A DNA stretch of 63,999 nt, counting the filler, from Choristocarpus tenellus KU-1152 (lineage: Eukaryota > Protista > Phaeophyceae), in NCBI GenBank assembly GCA_964200185.2. It is 12 parts of 12 records of this genome, joined end to end, with 100 filler letters (N's around TTAATTAATTAA, not from the genome) between each part and the next. Parts side by side here need not be neighbours in the genome. Positions count along the whole stretch, not along the records: positions 1 to 3,428 come from CAXNAD020020094.1; positions 3,529 to 7,409 come from CAXNAD020017401.1; positions 7,510 to 14,282 come from CAXNAD020007381.1; 9 more parts are not named here. One strand, 5' to 3'. Below, piece by piece: positions 1-13,497 of the stretch; positions within the stretch are counted from its first letter, which is position 1, and each line of letters begins with the position of its first letter. A model generated the notes under the pieces. It was not told where the DNA came from and did no database searches. It worked only from the letters and a program-made list of their open reading frames with translations. The translations under genes and the position numbers were made by a program.

Positions 1-108
1 ACTCTGAAATATTTTGGAGTAGGAAAATGTAATAGAAAAACTCATGGAAAGCCAAGCCCCGAAAGGACAAACAGGGCAAAACTCGTACCCTCTAAGATAC
101 TATAAATC
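1..108 (-). mobile_element. MITE family B, partial copy (cut by window start)
   Basis: Reverse complement of the family B 5' half, e.g. acagggcaaaactcgtaccctctaagatac; compare 59267 and 60111. Confidence 0.85.
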
Positions 109-859
109 TGTAAGACATTGTGCGGCGAAGATACGTCGTCCTGAACTCATGGAGACATTAACGGACCAGGAACGAATATCACACTGGAACTGCGAAGAGG
201 AATCAACAAAGGACGCACGGAGGACGAGATCCCCTTATGTCTCAAGGACTTCGCGATGATGATGATGATGATGGTAAATTCATCACAAGACCCGATATAA
301 GCTACAGGAAGCTGAAACGGGCAATAGTCTCATCATCGTCATCCCAACAAAGTGGACCTGCACCTTCGACACAAATGGAAGCTGGAGGCTAAGGAGACAT
401 GAGATATGGTACGATCGAGAACAAGCAAGAACTGGACGTCAAGAAGATACTTTGGGTACCTGGTATGCCATGCCGAATATTGAGCAGTGGGACCCTATGA
501 CAAGATGACGCAGATAATCGAGGCAATGCAGCCGGAGCTGCAATCCAGAGCCTGAACGTGAGCCATGAGCCAGAGCCAGAGCCTGAGTCTGAGCCACAAG
601 AATCTGCCTATGGACCTAGAGCAGTAGTCACAACACTTGTCCCTGAAGGAGGCACGCCCATCGATTGGAGAGCCCAAGATTCTTGCTTACGGAATGAGAA
701 AAGCAATAGCTGTACCTGCCACTAGGGGAGCAGGACATTAGCAGGAGCAGTAACTAAGCCTCCACCAGAAGGGAAAGGAGGAGCTAACCGCGGGGAGCCT
801 GGGAGCACTCTAGCCGCTGGGACCATAAACTCATGGAAGAGAACACAGAAGATCAGCGG

Positions 860-1200
860 ATGAGGCGGCCAAGGTACAACTGGTCAACGTACGGACCATA
901 TTACAACAAGATCCCCTACCAGAAACGAGATCAGGACCAACAGAAGATGTTTAAACTGTGGACTGATCAAGCATATTGGTCCTTGTTCTTTTGAAGGAAT
1001 ATGCTACAACTGTGGAGGTAAAGGAAACCTTCAGATTGTTTGTCGCCAGAGGAGAGCGACACCATCTAAACAGGCGGAGGAATTAGCTGGACCAGGGTTG
1101 GAGCCAGAAACGAAAACCAGAGGAAGCTTGTCAGCAAAGGGCTGCCTGTACAAGATTTGTAAGTCTGGGAAGTAAATAATATCTACTCCAGACCATCAAG
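860..1200 (+). mobile_element. Degenerate gag-like fragment with zinc knuckle
   Basis: About 993-1043 translates FEGICYNCGGKGNLQIVC (CX2CX4HX4C with H>N), in stop-interrupted sequence next to a copia fragment. Confidence 0.45.
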
Positions 1201-1231
1201 AACCATCTTCCATATCAGAAGCACCCTGGCG

Positions 1232-1600
1232 AGGAAGGTTTGGTGGCACAGGACTTCACTCAACGAGAGGATGTACAAGACATTCAATTATTATAGGCTT
1301 CAAGTCTGGGGGAGTGAGTGCTACATCCAACAAGAGAAACAGCAAAAGGGGACTGGTTCAAATTTTAACCATAAACTAAGCGAGGGGTCATCATGGGACA
1401 CGAGTACATCACTGTGTTGGTGCATCTAAAGAAGCAGGTACAAGACTTCGTAGACACTGTGTTGACTAGATGAATGACATATGTTTGAGTTCAAGCAATC
1501 AGTGTTCTTTTATTGCGTTGACAAGATAAATGTGATGTGTGTGAGAATGTAACCAATCTGACGTCTTTTACTTCCATTTTCATGGCAAGTGTGCAGAATG
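1232..1600 (+). mobile_element. Ty1/copia 3' fragment, second copy of 16755-17119
   Basis: Closely similar over about 370 bp to 16755-17119, starting at the RT motif RLVAQDFTQRED. Confidence 0.85.
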
Positions 1601-2101
1601 ACCTTGGAACGTTTCGAGACAAAATATCATGGGATCTTGGATGGGCATTTCACTCGATACATGTCGTACTAGAAGGTCTATAGGACAGCGACAAGGTGTT
1701 TAAATGAACAAAACCCAAGACACACATTCCTCTATGCCTTCTCTTTTTGTGTCTGTTGTGGGTCTGCGTGGGAAATCCCTGCCACACCACCTAAGGAGGG
1801 TAGGAAGTTCTCTATGCATATCTCACTTCCTTGGCAACTTGAGGATGTTAGCGTCAGAGAGGAAACTTTGTGTACGAGAGCCTTTGAAAGGAGCTGTGAG
1901 GTTTTTTGTTGATTTGATGCAATATGGTAAGAGCTAGCGAACAGAGATGTCCACGTACGTCATTACGATGGCGAAACATACAAACCGTTGAAGAGTATGA
2001 AAGATGACCTTGTCTATCCGGCACAACAAACAGTGTTTCCTTATTGGGGTGACCTTTGAACACATTGGCAATGGTGTGCGGGATGAAGGTAGTGAACTTA
2101 G

Positions 2102-3385
2102 ATGAGGAGGAAACATGGTCCAGATCAAGTGGTTCAGACCCGACTTTGGGCTCTCCACCCTCGATGTTGCTGTGAAAGACCATTCAATCAAGGACGCTCC
2201 AACGAGGAACTTCTCTCGGACAGCTTCAGTGCGAATGATATCTGGATGGCCGAAGAGGCCTACCATGCACTTACTGTTGCTCTCGTTGCACCCACCACCA
2301 GGGCACTGTGCTATACGCACCAAAGCCTGAGCGAGCTTTTCCGAGCAATAGATGATTGGTTCGTGCCTATTGCAGTGGGTAATAGCCAACATTTGTTCCG
2401 TGAGTTTTTCACTTCAAAGGTGGAGAAGGGGGCGAATCCGATCCTGACCTTAAGCCACCTGGAAGAGCTTCGGGGAGGATGCTATCAATGGACCTGGTGA
2501 TTTCGGACAAACTGCTGCTCCTACAGTTCCTGAGAGCTCTCGGATCAGGTTACGATACCGAGATACGCATGATGGCCTCGCAGAGAACACTATGTCGAGC
2601 AGACTAGAGAAAACTGCTAGAGAGCGATATGCTTCCCTTCATCAGGGCAAGGACTCAAGACACAAGAACAGCCATGCTTTGGTCGTTAACAGCTCATCGC
2701 AAGGGAAGAATCAGTCTCATCGCAACGGCCAAGGTCGCGGGGCCGAATGTAAATCTAATGGTGGAAGAAATATAAATGGTTCTAATTCCAACCCAAAACG
2801 TTCCGAGAAGATTCCTTGTGAGAGATGCGGTAAGCATGGACATGAGAAGACAGCTCACCCACAGTAATGTGGGAAGGATTCGCCTCAGTCTTAATCTCTT
2901 CCTTCCCAGACTGCACCGAAGTCAAGAACACTGAAGTGCATGTTGTTGGATCATGGGCACATACACCACATTTGGTGCAAATGCGGTTTGGGCAAGCTGT
3001 CTCACATGACTAATTACAAGCCTTGCGTTGGAAACAAAAGGGTAGTCACTGCCAGCCAAAATTCCTTTTGCATCGCTGGTCATGGTGATCTAATTATCTT
3101 GTTTCCGTCACGTGACAACAAGGAGGTAGAAATACTCTTTCAGAATGTCGCCCATGGTCCTGATCTAGGATTCAACCTTTTCTCTTGCCAAGCAGCAGCT
3201 GACAAGGGTGCAAAATGCATTTTCACAGCCAGCACATTCTCGCTATTAGATGGAGTACTTAACTTCAAAAGAGATCCTGGTTGCCACTACACCCTCCATG
3301 GTCAACGCATATTGCCGCGACTAGATCGAAATGCTGAAGTTGCTTTAAAGGCCACTATAGCCCCCTTGCTTGCACCCCACGCTCC
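2102..3385 (+). mobile_element. Degenerate Ty1/copia gag-protease region
   Basis: Gag-like LFREFFTSKVEKGANPILTLSHLEEL, knuckle CERCGKHGH, copia protease-region HMTNYK...IAGHGDL...NVAHGPDLGFNLFS. Several stops and frameshifts. Confidence 0.8.
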
Positions 3386-3428
3386 GGCTCAAAGTATCTG
3401 GGGGGGGGGGTGGCGGCTGTCCACTTGG
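3386..3428 (-). mobile_element. MITE family A end (contig breaks inside it)
   Basis: GGCTCAAAGTATCT-polyG-TGGCGGCTGTCC, the reverse complement of the A right end. Confidence 0.85.
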
Positions 3429-3528
3429 NNNNNNNNNNNNNNNNNNNNNNNNNNNNNNNNNNNNNNNNNNNNTTAATTAATTAANNNNNNNNNNNNNNNN
3501 NNNNNNNNNNNNNNNNNNNNNNNNNNNN
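3429..3528. other. Artificial contig-joining linker N44-TTAATTAATTAA-N44 (first of 11)
   Basis: Identical 100-bp spacer with six-frame stops at 3429-3528, 7410-7509, 14283-14382, 18449-18548, 23256-23355, 28795-28894, 32367-32466, 49307-49406, 52725-52824, 56239-56338, 59598-59697. Separate 10-N gaps at 54817-54826 and 60734-60743. Confidence 0.98.
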
Positions 3529-3612
3529 ATGGATAATGTACTTGCACTTTTCCTGATTTTGGTCAAATGGACACCCTGGTGTAGATCCCCCCCCCCCCAG
3601 ATGCTTTAGGTC
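3529..3612 (-). mobile_element. MITE family A, partial
   Basis: Reverse complement of the A left half, ending agatgctttaggtc. Confidence 0.85.
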
Positions 3613-6600
3613 ACAATATGCAAGAGCACTATTCTTGTGGTCATACCTTCTGCTGCAAGGAGATTGTTCTCCTCAGCCCGCTTGTCCAGTACACGAGAGC
3701 AGGGGTTACGGAGGACACCCACATGGACCTTGATTGCTTGGCGGTTGGGCTCCAGCGGATCGTATTCTACATGATTAAGATCCGTAGGACACATCATGTA
3801 TGAGTGGGCGTGACAAGATAGTTCTAAAAACATTTCAAATCCTGAGTATTTACTTTATATGAATTTTTGTGTAGAGAAAGGCTCTGCAACTGCCCATGTT
3901 TGTCCATGCAGCACAGTTTAGTACTTAACTGGTTTAGAGATGCACCTAGGTAAGGACAGGTAAAATGAAAAGGGTGTTGTGGAATCATTATGCTAGACCA
4001 ACCCTGACGAAATTAATGACTTGTTCTTGTGCCTCTTAGCATTATGCATTTCTGTTCTTGCATTCTTAACCAGACAACATTGTGGGAGAATTATGAACCT
4101 GCTTTGAGTAAGCTATATTTCCCACAGTTGACCGACTGTTCTGAGGACAGCTGCCTAAGTTCAGCAGTATCAACCCAAAAAAACGCAGTTGACTGGCAAT
4201 CCACTGCTATTGATAAAATGTTGTCCATTCTGCTCATGAGCTGTGGAATTTGAGGTTCCTCTTTCTGAAAAGGAAGAAGGAACAGATTACATCTTCACGA
4301 TCATGTCAAGATACAAGTTCCAGCTCTAATTCTCCACTATTCTGAAAAACAGATGGAAGGTCCACACCTGACTCTATTATTATGTCACGGAAAATGGCGG
4401 CTTTCGTGTTTGTTGTTGTAAGAAACTTCTGCATGTCTCCTCGCCTGCGCTCATTTATGTCCCTTGAGTCCATTGCTGCAACTGCTTCATCAATTTGCTC
4501 CTTGAGAACAACGACATTATTTTTACCGTTAACTCATAGGCAAGAAAGGGCGCTGCTGGTTGTTGTTGAAGAAGGCATTTGGATGTGATCGTATTTGCTT
4601 CAGGGGGGATTCACCACCTAGAGTGAGGTGACGCCAGTTTGAAGTTGAGAGTACTACAAATGCTGAATTTGATTAAGTGTGAAATTACTCTTCCTTGCGC
4701 CTGAGCGATACATTCGCTCAACACAACAACAGTAGACTAGGGCTGTTTGCGCCTATGCTACAAATTGCTTTTTATTCGTCTCCACCTATACACTAGAAGC
4801 GGTTCAAAAACCTGAGCAACCTGACACAACACTTCAAAATTCCCTACGTTTAGAGCTTACGATAGAATGAAAAGTTCAATGCAGAATCGTGATGCCCTAG
4901 GACATCTAACCTGTTGCACCCCATCACATTTATACTAATAGAAGGTGCAGAATGTGCTGTAGTAAATTCTAAAGGAGTGTTTTAAATGACCATAACTTTA
5001 ATCGCTATGCGCCAAAACTTCTTGAATTGTTGTGATCACCTCTATGCGCACAGGCAATGACTTCAAGGTCTGCATCAGCTTATTAGCTGTACGAGTCCCA
5101 GAATTCTACACAAAGGACTAACAACACATTCTGCTTCTTATGGGGAATATCATTGGCTCAGAAGTACTTATTCATTCCTTTTCAGTGGGGATCGAGTATT
5201 GAGCTTCCAATTATGACTGTAAGAGGTTGGAGGGGAAGGGTGTGGAGTGTGGAAGCATATTGGATGCTGAATGTGTACCTGAATGACTCGGTGCACGTTC
5301 TTTTCCCAGTCCTCGTACTGATTGAGTTTTTTCATTTCCTCCGCTGTATCCGTGATCTCCATCATCTTGTCCAGCTTGTCCACAAATGTATGGCCTGATA
5401 GTAGTTGGGAAGACCCAATGGATCAGGCCTGGTCGGAATCGTCAATAACTAACAAGTACTACCCTACAACGCAGACAGCGATAGTGAATTATTTGATCAG
5501 ACGATGTGAACCTGAGGATGATGATGAGGGACATGAACAAACTCAAGGATGCAAAGGTAAGAGCTGATGGGCAGGGATATCAACTCGAATATGAACCATT
5601 CGCTGGTTTCCGATCTATACCTTCCGCAACCTCTCCTCGTAGCCGATCGAACTTGAGGTTTTCTGCCTTGGCCCTTTCGACTAGTACCTCTCGGATCTTT
5701 CTATCTTCCTCCTCCTCCTGACGTTGCATTGCCAACTTGTGCTGCTCTTTCCGGCGTGTCCGCTTTGCTTCATCATTCTTTTTTGAGATTTGCTCCGGAG
5801 AAAGTCGTTGTGGAGGCAACGAGTGCCTAACAAAGCCGAGAAATAGGATGACTGAGGACGGCAGCTTGGCAACATCAAGTTCTCAATAAAAGCGTGCACC
5901 AGGTTCTGCACGCAATTACGCTGTCCATCTATGCGTTCATTCTCTTTACCGCATGCGATTTTTTTCGTGTCACACACCACGAAGAAAAAACCCACTGAAA
6001 CAATATTCAAACAAGGTCTCACCTTTCGGACCTCACCACAGATCTGGTCGAGCCGCCGGGTGATCCTGGACTGCCAGAGGTCTCACATAACGAACCGAAG
6101 ACCTTGTCGTTGTAAATTTTTACCCGAAAGGGTGGTGGCTTATTGGGTGGTTGACTATACAATGACATGTGTTCGCTATAATCGTGGGTGGATTATTTGC
6201 ATTGAAAGGGAGGTAGGTTGGTCTCAAGCTTCGTCCCTAGTGTGGGCACTGTGGAGCACGCAAGTACTTCGTGGGGGAAAGCACCACCAATGGGAACCAC
6301 AAGTAGTGTAAGCATGTGAGGAGGTGTTACATTCCGTGCACTATAATTCTTCACTATCCACAAGAACTACTCACATAGTCGGCCAATGACGAGTCAAAAT
6401 GCGGTGGGAATTGAATGGAACGTAACAACGAAAAGGTGGAAAGAAATAACCTTACATTTTTGAACTTCAAACCAACCAATTTAGAAAACATTGTAAAACA
6501 AAATATAACACAATTCATATCTTACGTATTAATATACAGACTTTCTCTATATACATAGTACATATGAACTCATGTGAAACACAATAGGTGGACAGATCCT

Positions 6601-7339
6601 TCAGACTGAAGGGGAGCGGGAAGATCCACTGGAGAAAGGAGAAGGAGAGAGACAAGGCAGGAGGGCGACGTAATCCCTCAGAAACACTCAGGGAGGAGTG
6701 AACAGGGAAAAAGTGAATGAGGGGGGTTTGTAAGGTGCACTCCCCATATTTATTTTATTAAGCAAATAATGCTGATGTCATATGAGGCAAGAGATGTAGA
6801 GGTGTATCTTCTCAAGGAAAGTCACTGTAAAGGTATACCTTGCTCGGAAGATGGCTATCATACTCATGCCTTTTTAAAATCTCTGCATCTACATTCATAA
6901 TTCTGGAGTAGTAGGTTACGTCGTTACTCGTTGCTCCGACTCTTCTAGGACACACTCGATGTCGAGTCCAGCCGAGAGGTCGGCAGGTTGCGATTTAAGG
7001 ATATCAAGAGAAGGCAAAAATATGTCGTTTTGTAGAAGTGCAAAAAGAGCCTTTGCTCAATTTTGTGGGATCAATTTATGTGTGAAAAAGGGGGAACATA
7101 CATTTTGCGTGTACACTGTGGTACACATTAAAGCAATGAAATAGAGTGCATTGTACAACAGGATAAGAAATATATGACTCGGAATGTGTAAGGGTCCAAA
7201 CTTGCCTACCTCTCAGTTGATTTTGTTCTGTATTAAGATTAGATGATTTGCCACCTGCCCTCACCTACCTAGCTAGTTTGGTCAACTGTCCTGGAGACCT
7301 TTTTTGCATGCATGTGAGTTCTCTGAGCTATCCCTTGAA

Positions 7340-7409
7340 GGCTCAAAGTATCTGGGGGGGGGGGGTGGTTCAACCACAGGCTGTCCTTTGAGGCCCTGAG
7401 CAGGAAGAA
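7340..7409 (+). mobile_element. MITE family A, partial
   Basis: GGCTCAAAGTATCT-polyG followed by A-type interior similar to the 27130-27303 copy. Confidence 0.75.
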
Positions 7410-9681
7410 NNNNNNNNNNNNNNNNNNNNNNNNNNNNNNNNNNNNNNNNNNNNTTAATTAATTAANNNNNNNNNNNNNNNNNNNNNNNNNNNNNNNNNNN
7501 NNNNNNNNNCCCCCCAGATACGTTGACCCAGAACTAGGAAGGTAGGAGGGATGTCCGAGGATAGTTGCAAATATCCATCGCTTTGTATACAGTGATAGCT
7601 ACTTATATAATATTTTCTAATTGCGTGTGCCACATATTGCAAGAATATATCTCCTTCCACTTGAAGCATCCTGCGTTGAAGATCAAAAGGAAACTCAATT
7701 GAACCGTTAAAGACCTATGTCCTATTTTCTCTCTACCAAGGAACCCCTTGACCTTCCTCCCCCAAGTTGGGCAGTTGGCAGTAACGGACATACATTGCGA
7801 CTGAGGAAATAGAAATAGCTATAAACATAGCCCCCAGAGTATGCTTTGTGATATCTCTTTTTTAAATAGTTAAAGGGTATGTCTGGGGGTGGGTTGAGGC
7901 CATGAAGGAAGAAGATGAGGTGGGTGCATTGACCATGTACCGTATTTGCGATGGACAATGAAGAAGTTAACAAGAATGATGAGAAAAGCAACAAATTCTA
8001 CGTCAGCTGTCAATGAGAAACTCCAGTGGGTCCTTCGGGGATAGGTTGATTGCCCTTGTCTACCCCAAAGTTGACTGTATGCAGATTGTTTTTTGTCTGT
8101 AGCAACAGTCTTGTCATTGCTGAAGGGATGTTCTGGTGCCATCTCGAAGTTGCAAGTGAATCCCGCAACTTCTACATCTCCTCCAGCTCTCGCCCTCCTT
8201 CCTTCTCCTGTGAGAGGCCCTGGAACTATTTTTAGATACAAGGACGACAGCATCGCAGTTGTGAAGGACATTCTTTTTGTTGGGAAGATTCAATACGTCT
8301 ACAGCTTTTTGTGGCACAGTTCAAGACAAATGGACCGCCATCAACCTCTAATGTTATTCACACTCTTGGTCAGCCTATGTATGCACTTGATAGAGCAGAG
8401 AGGAGTTGATAATTACGAAGTACTGCATAGCAGACTATTAATATCATTCGTTTTCCCATGCAATTGCAACTACTATTAATTGAATACATGTAACGTGCAC
8501 ACACGCTACCCCAAACAACAACGGCATTGAGTGCCAGCAACCCCGGGGTTCATGGTACCTCCAAGGATGAGTTAAGAAATATTGATATGGTCCACTCTAG
8601 GTGTAGCACGTACATTAGCACATTCCTGAGTATGTGCCACAGTCTCCCTTGTCTGGAAGAACAGCAAATCAGGACGTGAGTGGAACAGTATAACAACACA
8701 CAGTAGTATACAATGGGTGCACATGATTGGAAGATATATATGATATTCTACACCAGAGTATTGAATTGACTTTTGTAAGATATATCTTCAATTTAGCCAG
8801 GGGGAGAATAGCTCAACACGAAATGGTCAGAAGCATCACACACTGCACTACTACACAACTAATCTTTGTACTATGACTAACTGTGCTGTCTCCATGTTTT
8901 GCTTCTTGCGCGTTGGGTCAGTCATCCCGCCCTTCATCACCTTCCTCTGCAATGAAGTCTTGCCACCTCGCTTCAGTATCATGATATTTTGCGGTACATA
9001 TGTGTAGTACCAGACAGAACAGTGCGTGTGTACAATCTGTATTGCTTGCCACCACGCGGATTTTCGGGATCATTGAAGAAACCTGATTCTTCTGAAATAA
9101 TTTGGGAGAACAAGCGAGCTGGAGGGTATCATGAGTGAAAGGTGTAATAAGTCAGTAATACAAAAATAGACAAATATCGACTCCTGGTATGACCAAATGT
9201 CTTGCCTACTATATCTAATATGAATATTGCCTCTGCAGCACACACGCACATATATATACGCATGTTGTATAGAAAACTATGGGTGCTGTGTAGATTGTTA
9301 ACAATTTATTACATGCAAACATCCTCGATCGACAAGCTTCGGAGGTTATTCGACTCTTAACACTTCATACTGTATGTACTAGTCCTTCGTAATTATGGTG
9401 AACTGCAGAGTATACACTCTTTCTCAAACAGTTTTTTTCTAAATGCATACTACATGTCAAGTCGTTTCTCTTCAACATTTCTAATCCGATATTTATCTGT
9501 CTTCTTTTCTTACATATTATATCATTTGTTCTTTCTTCTCTTTTTCTCTTCCCGTTATGTTTATATTTGTGTGATGACTTTTTTCTCCTTCAGGTTCTTT
9601 TCTTCCTTTTAAATTCTTCTTCTCTCTCTTTTATCGTATTTTCTTTCAGGGTCGTTGTTGAAGGAGTGTGTTTTGCTTTGC

Positions 9682-9870
9682 TCACGAATTCTGGACTATT
9701 AGTAAACTATTGTTTTGTTTGCATTTCACCCCTTCTACTCCCCACCCATTGTAATAGCACTTACGACCAACCAGTGCGACCCCTCCGTCACTGACTTCCA
9801 GCCACCAGCCTATCCCGTGACCAACCAATGCGAGCCCCCTTCGTCACTGATTTCCAGTCACCAACCACTT
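9682..9870 (+). repeat. Dispersed repeat with about 54-bp tandem units (2 units)
   Basis: Units GACCAACCA(G/A)TGCGA..CCCT(C/T)CGTCACTGA.TTCCAG.CA at 9765 and 9819, preceded by CTCACGAATTCTGGA. Same family on the minus strand at 29015-29245. Confidence 0.8.
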
Positions 9871-10109
9871 TTCGCTCCACCCAACTATTCAACCCCACTC
9901 AACCCTACACCACGTTCCACTCCACCACACAATTCAACACCACTCAACCTCACAACCCTTTCCACCACTTTCCGCTTCAACCACACCATATACAAGAAAA
10001 CCAACACCACACCGCATCACCCCCGAGGAAATTCTGTGTTGAGATAGTACATGCCACGTGCATTCTCTGAGGATAACTGGGCATCGTGTCGAAACCTGAG
10101 ATTGAATTA

Positions 10110-10735
10110 ATCGTGGTTTCTTGAGCAGTAATAGATTGGTAGGGAAGGGGTGCCATAGTGCAGTGAAGCACACGTGAATTCGATATAAACCTGGTGACAT
10201 GCTATGCACAGTCAGAGGTTATTTGACACAAAGTAGTGGGTATTCCTTGAGACACTGAAAGGAAGAAATGCATGCTCTGAGTAGAGGCTTGTCACCATTC
10301 GAAGAAGGGTTTCTGAGGATGTTATAACGCTGAATATATTTCATCCATATGTGTATCAGGTACAATTAACTTTGAGTGTGAGCTTGGTGCTTTAAGTGGG
10401 GGCAATGCCAACCAGAGAAAAAAGAATAATCAACACATGATATACAACTGTTGACTCTGATACGAAGAAAAGAGAAAGAAAAATACGTGAATCAATATAT
10501 GTGAAAGCGCATATTGGGCATACTATGCTCGTATGTTCGATATAGGTGACCAATAATCCATGCCTCCAATGTACTATGATGTTCTAACACTGATTGATGA
10601 TGCTATGGTGAGGTGCCAATGATGTAAATGAGAGTAACAACCAGTACCGATGTGCAAATCAACAGTCAATATGAACCGGTGGTAATACTGTATCGTATAT
10701 AGAACAAAAAATTTGAATACCCTATGATTTAACAC
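10110..10735 (+). repeat. Diverged direct copy of 12450-13065
   Basis: Colinear blocks such as cacagtcagaggttatttga, gggtattccttg, aatcaacagtca.tatgaaccggt in both. Confidence 0.85.
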
Positions 10736-10744
10736 ACTGTTACT

Positions 10745-11490
10745 ATCTTTCGGACAGTTTGCCCATGACACAGCCTTCAGTATAAAGTCGCATATAACTC
10801 AGCATTTCCTTATTTTTGGAAGACCAGTTTGTTTATTGTTGCCATTATCATTGGACCGTCCAATGCTGATTCAGATGTCAGCACTGAAGTGTTCACTCAG
10901 CAAGCCAAAGATATTTTACAGCTTGCATTTGATTTGGCACGTCGTAACCTCCATGAACACGTTAAATTCGAGGAATGTGCCAACCAACGTCTCGTGTTCT
11001 CCGTTTTCGCACCTGGTGATAAAGTTCTAGTCCTTAGGCCACATGAGAGTACTGATAATCCGAATACGAAGTTACTTCGCCCTTGGAGGGGCCTGTACGA
11101 AATTCATTAGGAGGTATCACCCATCGTGTACAAGGTCGTATTATCTCGAAGCCCACGTCCATTTTCTGTTCATCTGGGTAAGATGAACATCACTATCCTC
11201 AAGTCCAACCCCTCACACGAGACTTTAATGAACTGGATTATTTGTTTCTGGGAAAAATGTTACCATTACTGGATGTAAACCATCAACTCTCTCAACCAGT
11301 TATTGGTCAGTACACTATTGTGCAGACATAAACCTGGTCCTGGTCGTCGTTTGCCCGCAAATGTTATCTATCGCCTTCGTCTTTGTGGCAATGGGCCTTC
11401 TTGCGACCTTCACAGAAGAGTAGAACACATCCCACTATGCCGTGAAATGTTTGCACAGCCTATTGTGCAGTAAATGTATTGAATAATAAC
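10745..11490 (+). mobile_element. Ty3/gypsy pol 3' remnant (integrase C-terminus, GPY/F, chromodomain-like)
   Basis: FAHDTAF...HFLIFGRP, then FAPGDKVLVLRP...KLLRPWRGLYEI...VYKV (GPY/F module), then HKPGPGRR...YRLRLCGNGPSCDL. Frameshifted. Confidence 0.8.
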
Positions 11491-11589
11491 TAAAAATCTT
11501 GTCCCATATAGAGTGTTGAGTTGATAATTCGTTTTTACTGATACCCTATTCCTGTGCATAGTCTGCATATAATGCATTGCCGAAACAAT

Positions 11590-13065
11590 ATAACCTACGG
11601 TCTAACTAAAGAGATCGTTGTATGTATGTCTGGTACAGATACTCGCCAATCTTTTCATGACTCGTGTTAGCCACATATCACAATCCCTTACACAGGTTGA
11701 CCACCAAATTTAGACAAATCGTTTGTATGCTATATTTTCGTAGATGGGTATGGTCTATTGTTTTGTGAAGAGATCAGATAATAACTGGTAACAGATCTCA
11801 GTCAACCCGCTCACGGCCAGCTCTAGCTTGACATCTCGTGTTTACCAGGTCTATCAATCCTTGCAAATAGATCATACATATATGTTCATGGACGCTTAGA
11901 TAAATTCATAACAATTATATTTTATCTCTCAACTCTCCTCGTTTGCACGAGTGGGCACATGCGATGGTGAAGGGACCGTATCACCAGGTACAGTAGTATT
12001 CGCTTGTGCTAGAGGTGGTTTTTTATTACATCATGTCTCGTTTTCATGGAATGTTTCGATCATCATGAAATGACAAACCCCATCACAATCAAAGATTAAA
12101 GTCTACCACTAGGTAAGTGATGGAGACCTCAGGTTAGTAATATTTTTCCTTTTTTCTTGAGTGACATGATGAAATGACCGTACAGTAACCTCGTATCGTA
12201 TTAGGAGAGTTGAACCACCACCAACGTACGTCCCAGTGTCCACTTGGAATGTTGTAGTCGTCGCGATCAATATTTCTGGTCATATTAGAAAGTGAGGAAG
12301 GAGAATTGTGCACACATCGTATTTTGACCTCGTCGTCTGCTGTGATTTTTGATCACGTGCACGCCCTTACGTTTTAACACATCGGAGTGTTGATAAAAAT
12401 AATCGTATAACACTCCTTTAGCAATTTCAGATCACAAACGCTCGTCAATCGTGCTCTTGTACGGTGGCAAGTTGGTTGTGGTGAAGGGGTGTCATGGTGC
12501 AGTTGAAGCACTGTTAATTCTGATTGATGAACCTAGTGACTTGCTGTACACAGTCAGAGGTTATTTGATGTAGTGATTGTTGGGTATTCCTTGGTGCATT
12601 CAAAGGAAGAGATTCGTGGTCTGTGTAGAGGCTAGCCACTTTGTGATGAAGGGTTTGTGGATGTTTCAACTATGAACATATAGCATCCAGTTCTGTGTCA
12701 GGTACACACTTAATGCAGAGTGAACTTGAGGTCTCTAAGTGTGGGTAAGGTAAAAAGGAATTAATCAACATGTGAGATACAACTGGTGGTTCTGATGTGA
12801 AGATAAAAAAAAACAAAGCAACAAACCTGAATCAATATCTAGAACTCATGGCACATACTATGCTTGTATGTTGGATAGATGCCAACTGTTCCATATTTGG
12901 TATGCATCATGGTTGTAACAGTGATTGATGATCCTATGATGATAAGGTACCGGTATGTAAATGTGAGTAACGACCAGTATCAATGTGCGAATCAACAGTC
13001 ACTATGAACCGGTAATGCCGTATCGTATCAATGACATAAAATATGAGTAGCCTATGTTTTAATAA
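11590..13065 (+). repeat. Long repeat downstream of gypsy pol (copies at 17540-18375 and 10110-10735)
   Basis: 11590-12400 is colinear with 17540-18375 (aatttagacaaa, tatcaatccttgcaaataga, agtctaccactaggtaag); 12450-13065 is colinear with 10110-10735. Confidence 0.8.
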
Positions 13066-13312
13066 TCCGATGCCCTCAGACCTTGACCATGAGCTTGATG
13101 CGATACCGACCACATCCCATCAACCTCACTCGTGCTGAGGTTGACTGATGTGCTGATCCCATACTCTCAGGCCTTGCAAGCTTGATTGGTATGCTGACCA
13201 CATACTATTAACCTTTGGCAAATGATATCCCGATCAGATATTCATTTTGTATGATTGAAATCGTGTAATACACTGCAAAAGTAAATGAATACTCACACTT
13301 CCTTCCCATTTT

Positions 13313-13497
13313 GACCCAAAGTATCTGGGGGGGGGGAGCGGTCAACACCAGGGTGTCCATTTGGGCCAAAACCAGGGAAAGTGCACTTACATTATCCATC
13401 CGACGTATGCAACCAAATCACGTAAAAACCGCGACATGAGAAAACTGCCCCGCGCCCGAAATTGAAAGCCTTCACCCCCCCCCAGATACTTTGAGCC
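13313..13497 (+). mobile_element. MITE family A, complete (185 bp), TSD TTT
   Basis: GACCCAAAGTATCT-polyG ... polyC-AGATACTTTGAGCC, flanked by TTT on both sides. Confidence 0.92.

Noticed and set aside
3473-3484. Recurrent TTAATTAATTAA palindrome as a biological site
   Set aside because: It is always centred in exactly 44+44 N, so it is an assembly linker. Neighbourhoods across linkers carry no meaning.
3386-3612. One MITE A spanning the linker
   Set aside because: Orientation fits but the flanks (TCC versus ACA) give no TSD. The same applies to 7340-7528 (GAA versus AGA).
7722-8479. Overlapping 60-130-aa ORFs as a gene
   Set aside because: No recognisable motif or consistent splice pattern on either strand.
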